A DNA stretch of 64,000 bases from Bacteroidales bacterium (GTDB taxonomy: Bacteria; Bacteroidota; Bacteroidia; Bacteroidales; SZUA-534): positions 3,525 through 67,524 of the forward strand of contig JAZUEN010000085.1 of assembly GCA_045640185.1 (NCBI GenBank), read 5' to 3'. The notes beneath the pieces are model-generated. The model was not told the origin of the DNA and did not search any database. It worked only from the letters and a program-made list of their open reading frames with translations. The position numbers were made by a program, and so were the translations under genes. Below are positions 37,579-45,547 of the stretch, piece after piece; position 1 is the stretch's first letter; every line of letters starts with the position of its first letter.

Positions 37579-38076
37579 TTATTCGGCAACTTGCCTTTCG
37601 GATTCCGGCCAATTGCCATACGGATTCTGCGCCAAATACGAATTATAGTAACGCCTATCGCCCGTAACTTCCGTCCCAATCCAATAAGGCAGCTTCACTT
37701 GCTGGTTCTCCGACTCTAGTTCCACTTCAGCCATCACCAGGCCTTCATTTTCGCCAAAGAACACATCGACTTCGTATTTAAGATTTTCTACAGGCACAAT
37801 GTATCTGACTTTTTCCACGACACCCGGCAAGCACAGGCGGAGCAACAGCTCGGCCTCATCGTCTGGTATCTCCTTTTCCCATTCGAATCGGCTCATATCG
37901 TTTTGCCCGCTCGAGCCTTTTATGGTGATGTAGCCCTTGCCACCGTTAATTCTGATGCGTACCGTCCGCTGTGGGTCTAATGACAGATAGCCCTGGCATA
38001 TCCTGCTCTGCGAAATAGCCAAATGACGGAACTCTCCCTTAACCAAGAACTTTCGTTCTATCTCACAATAGTTCAT
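37579..38076 (-). CDS. CYTH-domain protein (triphosphate tunnel metalloenzyme family)
   Basis: N-terminal EIERKFLV motif, 165 aa. The start overlaps the upstream stop (ATGA). Confidence 0.8.
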   Translation of the reverse strand: MNYCEIERKFLVKGEFRHLAISQSRICQGYLSLDPQRTVRIRINGGKGYITIKGSSGQNDMSRFEWEKEIPDDEAELLLRLCLPGVVEKVRYIVPVENLKYEVDVFFGENEGLVMAEVELESENQQVKLPYWIGTEVTGDRRYYNSYLAQNPYGNWPESERQVAE

Positions 38077-39170
38077 TTCCTTTCCGTTTTTATTTTCGAC
38101 GCCAACTCTATTGAATTGAGCAAATTATATTGTTGCGACTTGACAGAGAATCGTTCCTCGACAGTTCTGCGCCCCGCCTCGCCTAACATTCTCCTGATTT
38201 CCACCGATTCTATCAGCTGGCTTAAACAATCAACCCATTCCTTTTCGGTCGATGCCAAGAATCCGTTTTTCCCATGTTCGATAATGTCGACATTGACACC
38301 AACTGGCGACATGACCGTGGCTATGCCTAACGACATATACTGAATGCCTTTGAATCCACATTTTCCGCATGACCATTTGTCATCAGGCAATGGCATGATT
38401 CCGATATCAACCGCGTTCAGTTCCTCCACCTCGGCATCCTTGCTCCATTTTGTGCTTTTCAGCTTGATATCCGGCAATTCATAATCGACATCGACTATAA
38501 CCTTAAAGTCGACAGCATCGCCATATTTCTTCTTGATTTCAGCCAATGCGGGAACTGAATTTTGAAAATGTTTGAGCGTTGTGGTGCTGCCTATCCAGCC
38601 GATAGTCACACAACTGGTGTCGCGTGCTCCACGATACCTGAACAAATCGGTATCAATTGTCGTTGGCACAACTACGACATTTACATTCGACAGTCGCGCA
38701 TAATCAGCCAAAAACGAATTGCCGACTGTAACCACGTCTGCCATCCTGGCTATTTTTGATGTTTTTGCTGAGCTTTTCAGCCAGCTCAAATTCTTGTTCG
38801 ATTCCGATATGTCATTCATCCAAATGGCATCATCGAAGTCAAAAACCATCGACGCCTTGCTTTTTGACAGTAGCCATTCAATTATAGTTCCGCCCAAAAA
38901 GTGTGCTTCACGATAAACTATCACGCAATCGAACTTTGACGAGATTAGCACATCTTTAATCCTGATTGCCAATCCCTTGATGGCGATAGCACACTTTGCC
39001 ATGTAATTGCCTTTCCTATAAAAGCGTTTGTCGTCAGATTCATTTAGCAAGAATGAATATGTAATGTCATACCCGCTGGATTCCAGGAATTTCATGTACT
39101 GTTCAAAACGGAATCTTTGCCCTGGCGACCTGCCTGGCCTATGTGGCGCTATATATAACAGACGTTTCAC
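38073..39170 (-). CDS. GT4-type (GT-B) glycosyltransferase
   Basis: 365 aa with a GTG start overlapping the upstream stop (GTGA). The C-terminal half has the EX7E-like region ..GFLAST.KEW... Confidence 0.7.
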   Translation of the reverse strand: MKRLLYIAPHRPGRSPGQRFRFEQYMKFLESSGYDITYSFLLNESDDKRFYRKGNYMAKCAIAIKGLAIRIKDVLISSKFDCVIVYREAHFLGGTIIEWLLSKSKASMVFDFDDAIWMNDISESNKNLSWLKSSAKTSKIARMADVVTVGNSFLADYARLSNVNVVVVPTTIDTDLFRYRGARDTSCVTIGWIGSTTTLKHFQNSVPALAEIKKKYGDAVDFKVIVDVDYELPDIKLKSTKWSKDAEVEELNAVDIGIMPLPDDKWSCGKCGFKGIQYMSLGIATVMSPVGVNVDIIEHGKNGFLASTEKEWVDCLSQLIESVEIRRMLGEAGRRTVEERFSVKSQQYNLLNSIELASKIKTERK

Positions 39171-40399
39171 TGCGTAACCTTTTCGTAAATTGACAAATAT
39201 GATGCTACACCCCTATCGAGTGAGAATCTGTCGCAAGCCAGTTGCCTCGATTGCGGCTTCGAATCAATAGGCAATTTTAGCATTTTTTCTATTGCATTTC
39301 GATAATCAGCCGAACTCCAACCGTCAATCAGCACCCCCAAAGGATTATTCCTGATTATCTCATCAACATCGCCAACACCTTTGTTTGTCAGGCATGGTAT
39401 GCCGAGCGACATCAGTTCAGCCAACTTTGTCGGCGACGAAGCCTTCTTCGACCATGCAGGTTTTATGAAGAAGAGCGAGGCGCTTGACAGCATTGCCAAC
39501 TGTGGCACCTCATCACGAGTTGCCGGCTGGATGGCAATCCGGTCTTGACTGATGCCATGCCTGGCAGCCTCTGCAAGAATCGCGTCTCTGTCATCTTTTG
39601 TTATGAGCAGGAATTTTGCATCGTTGCATTTCTTCTGCAGCTCGACAAAAAAATCCATCATTTCCGGCAACATGTACCAAGTCCCGACCGACCCCAGATA
39701 CGACAGCACGAAATCTTCCTTGGAGATATTCAGTACTTTGCGCCACCTGTCGATTTTATCAACATTCTGATTCCGGTAATCGAAATGCGCAACATCAGCG
39801 CAACATGGTATGACCGTAATCTTATCTGCACCAACGTCTGGCAGGTTCCATGACAAGATTTCGGTTTTTGCCACATTTGTCAAGCTCACAATTGCATCTG
39901 CGCAAGACATGAACTGCCGTTCCTTCCTTTTGAAAAAGTCATACACCTGCCTATACACAATATGTCTTGTGTTCCAAATATTGCCATCGACACGTTCATC
40001 CGCATAGAAGCCTCGCATATCGAAAACAAAATGGCAACCACATTTGCGTTTCATAGACAATCCCACAAATGCCGATATGTAACTTCTGCAATGAACTATC
40101 GAAAATTCATTTTCCCGATTAAGCTTATATGCCATATGCATCATCTTCAATATATCGAGCATTGTCGAGACAATTGGCGGGCGTTTGGTATATCCAATTG
40201 GATGCCAATTGATTTTATGAGAAGAAACTATTGCATCGACATCTGACTTTCCTTTGGAAAACACGTCTGGCTTTTCTGCACTTATCAATGTCACTTCATA
40301 GCCATTGTCCGACAATCCGCACAAATACGGCAACACCTGTGAGCGCCCAAGCGAATCGGTCATTCCATCATATGATATGTACAATACACGAATGCCCAT
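39167..40399 (-). CDS. GT4-type (GT-B) glycosyltransferase
   Basis: N-terminus VLYISYDGMTDSLGRSQVLPYLCGLS is typical of one GT4 subgroup. 410 aa. The start overlaps the miaA stop (TAATG). Confidence 0.7.
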   Translation of the reverse strand: MGIRVLYISYDGMTDSLGRSQVLPYLCGLSDNGYEVTLISAEKPDVFSKGKSDVDAIVSSHKINWHPIGYTKRPPIVSTMLDILKMMHMAYKLNRENEFSIVHCRSYISAFVGLSMKRKCGCHFVFDMRGFYADERVDGNIWNTRHIVYRQVYDFFKRKERQFMSCADAIVSLTNVAKTEILSWNLPDVGADKITVIPCCADVAHFDYRNQNVDKIDRWRKVLNISKEDFVLSYLGSVGTWYMLPEMMDFFVELQKKCNDAKFLLITKDDRDAILAEAARHGISQDRIAIQPATRDEVPQLAMLSSASLFFIKPAWSKKASSPTKLAELMSLGIPCLTNKGVGDVDEIIRNNPLGVLIDGWSSADYRNAIEKMLKLPIDSKPQSRQLACDRFSLDRGVASYLSIYEKVTQ

Positions 40400-41301
40400 T
40401 ATATGGTCAAGATATATTTTTTAATGGCATCTTCTTCCGACCGGTCGAACCACTTCATCTGCGTGTAACGGCTGAACCAGGTCATCTGCCTTTTAGCGTA
40501 TCTGCGCGAGTTGCGTTTTATCAGGCGCACAGCTTCCTCATAATCGTACTGGCCACTGAAATAGCCAAAAAATTCCTTATAACCGACAGTATTGAGTGAA
40601 TTCAAGTCACGATATTCATATAGGCTTCTGGCTTCCGCCTCCAAGCCCGATTCAAGCATCGAATCCACACGGCTATCTATTCTGGAATAAAGCAAATACC
40701 TATCCATTGTCAATCCGACCATTTCAATATCAAAAAAACGCTCCTTGACCTTGCCTGTTCGTAATGACGAATATGTTTTGCCAGTCTGTTCCATCACCTC
40801 AAGAGCCTTTATGACACGTTTCGGATTTACAATGTCTGCCGTTGAATAATAATCAGGGTCCAATCTGCGCAATTCTTCACGCAATGCGTCAATGCCTTCT
40901 GCCTTTGCCCTTTCGGCCAGTTTTGTCCTGACTTCTTGATTTACAGTCGGCAAATCGTCAATGCCACGCACAACTGCATCGATGTACATTCCAGATCCTC
41001 CGACCATAAGCACTCTGTCATGTCTTTCGAATAATTTTTCGAGCAAGCTGACAACATCCAACTCAAACCGTCCCGCACTATAATAGTCAGTTATTGAGAG
41101 GTTGCCTATAAAGTGATGCTTGACTGCCGACAATTGTGCTGGCGACGGCTGGGCCGATCCTATGACAAGTTCCTTAAACATCTGCCGCGAATCGCACGAC
41201 ACTATTTCAGTACCCATAGCCAAAGCCAATTCAATACTCAAATCAGTTTTGCCAATGCCTGTTGGCCCTGTCAGTATTACAAGTTTTTTGGCTTTTGTCA
41301 T
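40399..41301 (-). CDS. miaA: tRNA dimethylallyltransferase
   Basis: ILTGPTGIGKT P-loop, SCDSRQMFKEL, and a length of 300 aa. Confidence 0.95.
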   Translation of the reverse strand: MTKAKKLVILTGPTGIGKTDLSIELALAMGTEIVSCDSRQMFKELVIGSAQPSPAQLSAVKHHFIGNLSITDYYSAGRFELDVVSLLEKLFERHDRVLMVGGSGMYIDAVVRGIDDLPTVNQEVRTKLAERAKAEGIDALREELRRLDPDYYSTADIVNPKRVIKALEVMEQTGKTYSSLRTGKVKERFFDIEMVGLTMDRYLLYSRIDSRVDSMLESGLEAEARSLYEYRDLNSLNTVGYKEFFGYFSGQYDYEEAVRLIKRNSRRYAKRQMTWFSRYTQMKWFDRSEEDAIKKYILTI

Positions 41302-41309
41302 TTCCCTTT

Positions 41310-41828
41310 TTATTCTATGCTGTAACCGTCGCTCATTTCATCGGAAAGTTCGTCAAAGTCGAAATCGTCCGATGTCATTTCCTCCCCGCTGAACAAGGAG
41401 TCGTCGCCTTCCAAAAAATCCGATTCTGGTGCGACTTGTGGCGGTATATGCCCATCAAGCCTCAACGCACAAGGTGCAGGCAGACTATCTTCGTCTGATT
41501 CTGAAATTATGTTGCCGAAAAGTAGCCTTTCCGAAAAATAATCAAACACATAAAGCATCTTTTGCCCCGTCTTGCCAAAAAACTTGCCAAAAAGCGTATC
41601 CGACATCAAACGGCACCCCTCGCCCATATCCATAAGCGTTATTTCTTCGAGTTTCTCCCATTTTGCATTTGACACGAAAAACGATGCAAGGAACTTGTCA
41701 TCGAAGTTCAATTTTTTCTGTATTGCATTGTGCAAATCGGCAAATGTATGTTTTGGAGAGACTTTGACGTCCAGTTCAAAATCCGGTTCCTCGTCTGAGA
41801 CAAACCTTATCGTATAAACCATTTCCAT
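41310..41828 (-). CDS. hypothetical protein with acidic C-terminal tail (pRiA4b ORF-3/MM3350-like impression only)
   Basis: 172 aa. ..FADLHNAIQKKLNFDDKFLASFFV.. and ..MLYVFDYFSERLLF.. loosely fit that fold family. The C-terminus is DDFDFDELSDEMSDGYSIE. Lies 8 nt upstream of miaA. Confidence 0.4.
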   Translation of the reverse strand: MEMVYTIRFVSDEEPDFELDVKVSPKHTFADLHNAIQKKLNFDDKFLASFFVSNAKWEKLEEITLMDMGEGCRLMSDTLFGKFFGKTGQKMLYVFDYFSERLLFGNIISESDEDSLPAPCALRLDGHIPPQVAPESDFLEGDDSLFSGEEMTSDDFDFDELSDEMSDGYSIE

Positions 41829-41858
41829 AAGTTTTTAGTTCAACAAATAGCATAAGTA

Positions 41859-41866
41859 CAAATGTA
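41859..41866 (-). promoter_or_regulatory. candidate -7 promoter element (TAcaTTTG) for the hyp-miaA-GT-GT-CYTH unit
   Basis: The minus strand reads TACATTTG about 30 nt upstream of the ATG at 41828. No clean -33 TTTG seen. Confidence 0.4.
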
Positions 41867-41900
41867 GGAAAAAGCGCAATGCCTATTGTCCTTTTATGAC

Positions 41901-41934
41901 AAAAAAGGCCGGACGCTGAAGCATTCGGCCTTTT
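41901..41934 (-). terminator. Rho-independent terminator after the CCC-motif gene
   Basis: Minus strand: aaaaggccg - loop - cggcc followed by TTTTTTG. Confidence 0.7.
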
Positions 41935-41952
41935 CGCTAAACGTAATGGTAA

Positions 41953-42300
41953 TCAACCAAATATTTCGGAAAATATTGCACATGTCGTTGCCACTCCCAC
42001 AAATATATACACAAATATGGCAAACAACAGCCAGACTCCACTCAAGCATACTCCGATGATGCCACATATACGGCCTGATTTTGTATTCTTATACGACACC
42101 ATAGTGTATAATTCCGGATTTTGGCCATACAGTTTCATTGCCTTTCCTCCCATTACAATGGCTAAGATTCCCATGACAAATCCCAACAGCATAAATGGAC
42201 CGCAACAAATGCAAGCTATACTTAGAATTCCCATCACCAATATGGCTGAAGAATTCGGCAAAATGACATTGCCACCCTTTAACAATTGATTTTCTTCCAT
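41953..42300 (-). CDS. CCC-motif small membrane protein (DUF4190-like)
   Basis: ILVMGILSIACICCGPFMLLGFVMGILAIVMGGKAMKLY..SYKNTKSGRICGIIGVCLSG matches my memory of this family. 115 aa. Confidence 0.65.
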   Translation of the reverse strand: MEENQLLKGGNVILPNSSAILVMGILSIACICCGPFMLLGFVMGILAIVMGGKAMKLYGQNPELYTMVSYKNTKSGRICGIIGVCLSGVWLLFAIFVYIFVGVATTCAIFSEIFG

Positions 42301-42310
42301 AACAATAGTT

Positions 42311-42613
42311 TTATGACATTTTCAATAAATAATTAACTACTATAAGGACGACACATATTATAAATAGTGACAGCAAAATTCTACTTCCATTCCTGAATTT
42401 AAAAAACAGATGCGCCACAAGGAATATGAACAGCACAATCAAGGGTATCAATGCCGGGAACATCAAGAAGCTATCAACGACATTACCTTGAAGTAAAAGA
42501 TGCAATGCCCGTTGTGTTCCACACCACGGGCATTCAATACCTAGATATTTTTTAAAGAAACACGGAATGTCAAAATTGTAGTCAAACAGACTCAGCAACA
42601 TAAGTGCCACCAT
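42311..42613 (-). CDS. DUF2752-family membrane protein
   Basis: CFFKKYLGIECPWCGTQRALHLLLQG is the DUF2752 signature (C..GxxCPxCGxTRA). 100 aa with three to four TM helices. Confidence 0.75.
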   Translation of the reverse strand: MVALMLLSLFDYNFDIPCFFKKYLGIECPWCGTQRALHLLLQGNVVDSFLMFPALIPLIVLFIFLVAHLFFKFRNGSRILLSLFIICVVLIVVNYLLKMS

Positions 42614-42621
42614 CTAGATGA

Positions 42622-44610
42622 TCAACCTTTTTGGTAATTGATTGCCATTTCTGCAATTTTTGCCATAACCTCGTCTTGACCTGTTGTGTTGATGACAAGG
42701 TCATATACACGTTCTATGTCTCCCAACTGATTTACATATGGGGTAAACGTATGTGAGAATTTCATTTCCAGGCCTTGGAAATCTGTCTTAACGTCATAAA
42801 CCACACTTTCACCCGACAATACTCTTTCCCAAGTCTCGTTAAATCTATCCTTATCGTCTGACGATGTTGCGTATAGGTCGGCAAACTTCATCCCGACAAA
42901 TTCCGTAATATCGACTCTTGACAGTTGCAACATCTTGTCGTTTACAGAAATGATGGTTCCCGACAAGTCAATATCAATTGTACCAAGTGTATTGTTTATG
43001 GCATCTATGGCCAAGCGCATCTCTGCTTCACGACGAGACGCTTCTTCCTGCGTAGCTTGCATCTCCTCCATATTTTGGCGAAGTTCCTCTTCCTGCGACG
43101 AAAGCTCCTCGCTGCGAGTCTTTGATTCCGCAAGCAGCTTGCCTGTCTGCTCGTTTATTCTGACACTGGAAATCGTTGAAGCTATATTTTCGCCAAGCGT
43201 CTGCAAGAAGTCAATTTGATGCTGAGGAATCTCGTTAAACGATGCCAACTCGATGACGCCAAGCACGGTGTCGTTGATGACCAACGGAACGAGCAGCAGA
43301 TAGTTTGGTTCCGCGCCACCCAAACCTGAAGTCAGTCGGATATATTCTTCCGGTATTTCCTTTAGGTAAACCGGCAATTTTTCAAATGCGCAACGGCCGA
43401 CAAGGCCTTCTGTCAATTCAAAATTGACCTTTAGATATTTTTCGCGATTGTATGCAACAGCACTCTTCATTTCGAAGAATTGGTTGGTTTCATCCTGTTC
43501 GTTCAATATATATATGGCACCCTGATTGACTCCTAAGTAATCGATCAAATGGCGCATGACATTGCTTGACAGCATTTCCATGTTTTCGGAATTATGTCGC
43601 AATATGTCGCCAAAATCTGCAAGACCCTTTGTTGTCCAGTTTCTGATTTCGTCTTCTTTCTGGCGTTTCTTGTTTGCTTCGTCAGAAATGCTCAAATTCT
43701 TGCGCATTTCAAGCAAGGCATTGCCTAAAATGTCTTCCTCGCCCAATGACTCATACTCGGAACCATAATTTCCCCTTCCTATCTCCACGGCAAACTCTGA
43801 AGTCTTGCGCAACGAATCGATGAATCCGTTCAAAGCATCGCCCATGTCACCGATTTCGTCATTTTGTGTCACCAGCTTTTCATTAGGCAAAATACCCTTT
43901 GTCATTGTAAGCAGGAACTCCTTCAGTTTATAGACAGGAACGACTATGCTTCGTATTGTAAGCATACTTACTATCAATACGATTACAACAATTATCAAGA
44001 CTGAATACACCACGAAACTTTGGAACCAAGCAAAAGATGCCTCCATTTTATTATTGGCAGCTTCCGCTTTTTTTGACATCACTGCCGTCAAAGCCTCTAT
44101 CTCTGCCAAGATGTTATCGGTTTGAACCATGACCTCGCCACCATCTTCAACCATCATCTCGTATTCCAATTTAACTATACCTTCATAGTCATCGAATGTA
44201 ACAAGAGACAGCATTATTTCCTGATGAACCATAAAAAGGGTATCACTTATGCCAGAAAATATCGTTTCCAAAGCTTTCCGTTCACTTTCGTCCCAATGCT
44301 CTGAGATAGACATCAACTCATTGTGTAATTTCGGATACTGCACATCATGCATATTCTTCAACTTATTCTTTTCTTGGGTTTCTTTCATTTCGCTGACCCA
44401 GTGCCGTATCAACATTCGTGAATTTGTAATCATGGTATTGCAATCCTGCAGGCCAGACATGGACGGATTATATACGTTCATAATGTCATCGTTCAGCTTT
44501 CTATTCGCATTTGATGTTGAATATGTCACTAAACCATTGATGATTACAACTAGAAGAAGTGAGCCGAAGCCAATAAGAAGTTTATTGGAAATTGTTAAAC
44601 GAGCATTCAT
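42622..44610 (-). CDS. third paralogue of the output-less sensor: TM-helical extracytoplasmic domain-TM-HAMP-GAF-coiled coil-PAS
   Basis: The ATG at 44610 (MNARLTISNKLLIGFGSLLLVVII..) is preferred, because the TTG track start at 44637 lies inside the promoter motif. IRNWTTKGLADFGDILR..NQGAIYIL..TEGLVG..LASF and EELSSQEEELRQNMEEMQATQEE are collinear with the genes at 7921 and 10302. The protein ends after a PAS-like block. Confidence 0.7.
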   Translation of the reverse strand: MNARLTISNKLLIGFGSLLLVVIINGLVTYSTSNANRKLNDDIMNVYNPSMSGLQDCNTMITNSRMLIRHWVSEMKETQEKNKLKNMHDVQYPKLHNELMSISEHWDESERKALETIFSGISDTLFMVHQEIMLSLVTFDDYEGIVKLEYEMMVEDGGEVMVQTDNILAEIEALTAVMSKKAEAANNKMEASFAWFQSFVVYSVLIIVVIVLIVSMLTIRSIVVPVYKLKEFLLTMTKGILPNEKLVTQNDEIGDMGDALNGFIDSLRKTSEFAVEIGRGNYGSEYESLGEEDILGNALLEMRKNLSISDEANKKRQKEDEIRNWTTKGLADFGDILRHNSENMEMLSSNVMRHLIDYLGVNQGAIYILNEQDETNQFFEMKSAVAYNREKYLKVNFELTEGLVGRCAFEKLPVYLKEIPEEYIRLTSGLGGAEPNYLLLVPLVINDTVLGVIELASFNEIPQHQIDFLQTLGENIASTISSVRINEQTGKLLAESKTRSEELSSQEEELRQNMEEMQATQEEASRREAEMRLAIDAINNTLGTIDIDLSGTIISVNDKMLQLSRVDITEFVGMKFADLYATSSDDKDRFNETWERVLSGESVVYDVKTDFQGLEMKFSHTFTPYVNQLGDIERVYDLVINTTGQDEVMAKIAEMAINYQKG

Positions 44611-44634
44611 TGATAATACATTTTTGTTCCTTAC

Positions 44635-44642
44635 CAAAAATA
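44635..44642 (-). promoter_or_regulatory. candidate -7 promoter element (TAttTTTG) for the sensor/DUF2752/CCC unit
   Basis: The minus strand reads TATTTTTG about 25 nt upstream of the ATG at 44610, just downstream of a terminator. Confidence 0.4.
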
Positions 44643-44688
44643 AGGTTTTATTTTTAAGTGTAACGATTTTATGCGACTAATTTTGGAT

Positions 44689-44730
44689 AAAAAAAAGAAA
44701 GGATGGCAACCAATAGATTGTCATCCTTTC
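44689..44730 (-). terminator. Rho-independent terminator after the YfiR-like gene
   Basis: Minus strand: gaaaggatg - 16-nt loop - catcctttc followed by a T8 run. Confidence 0.7.
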
Positions 44731-44758
44731 CTGTATGTTTTCATATCCGCCATTCAGG

Positions 44759-45259
44759 CTAAAGCGCCATGTTGAGCAATTGTGTGCTTATTTGTAATTT
44801 TCGTTCGCTCGTCGCCTCTTTGTTGACCTCGAATTTGATTTTTCCGTCAATCACCTTGAAGTTTATGCAAGAGCCTTTTTCCAATGAACCCGAGCGTTCT
44901 GTCAGTATAAGAGTAGAAGTTCCTTGCAATTTCGAAGTCACCTCTTCCATTTTTGCCGCGCTACTCTCACTCGATGCCAAGAACAATATATGGCATTTTG
45001 GCAGTTCCTCAATAGATTTCAGTTTCAGCACTTCTATTGCTTGCGTACCCACTTTTTTCAGGTTTGTCAGGTCACGCAATTGATTATACACTTCACTGTT
45101 TCCAATAACGCATATTACAAAATTGCCACTTTTATCAGCAGCAGGCCATTCTATCTGCTTAGTGAAGTTATATGTATACAAGGCCTTGTATTTTGCTTCC
45201 TGAGCAAAACCAGCTGTTACGCTAACGATTGCAAAAACCACTAATAAAAAACGTTTCAT
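44759..45259 (-). CDS. YfiR-family (DUF4154) periplasmic protein
   Basis: A signal peptide, then YKALYTYNFTKQIEWP..NFVICVIG..CHILFLASSE..TLILTE..GSCINF..KIKFEVN..LQISTQLLNMA. This follows the YfiR/DUF4154 pattern closely. Confidence 0.75.
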   Translation of the reverse strand: MKRFLLVVFAIVSVTAGFAQEAKYKALYTYNFTKQIEWPAADKSGNFVICVIGNSEVYNQLRDLTNLKKVGTQAIEVLKLKSIEELPKCHILFLASSESSAAKMEEVTSKLQGTSTLILTERSGSLEKGSCINFKVIDGKIKFEVNKEATSERKLQISTQLLNMAL

Positions 45260-45547
45260 AATTCAATTTTTATCTCTCAACACACAAAACAGAAACTACG
45301 CTAAAATACAAAAAAAATCGACATTGCCACTCAAATGGCACTTTTTTGCAAAAAACATCGAAAAAAGATGTGTTTTCTTTTACGAAAATTGACTTATCCA
45401 TCCGAAAATTTGACATTAAACGATTGGAGGAGGATTTGTACCGTACTAAGCCCTACTTTTGGTGACACTTTTCAACGAATAATAGAAATGCGCATTTTAA
45501 AAATTCCGAAATGAAGTTATTTTTGCGCTGACAATATCGTTACACAT

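Noticed and set aside
44637-44759. Treating the YfiR-like gene and the third sensor as a single operon.
   Set aside because: A strong hairpin and T8 terminator and a separate TAttTTTG element lie between them. Only adjacency, not co-transcription, can be claimed.
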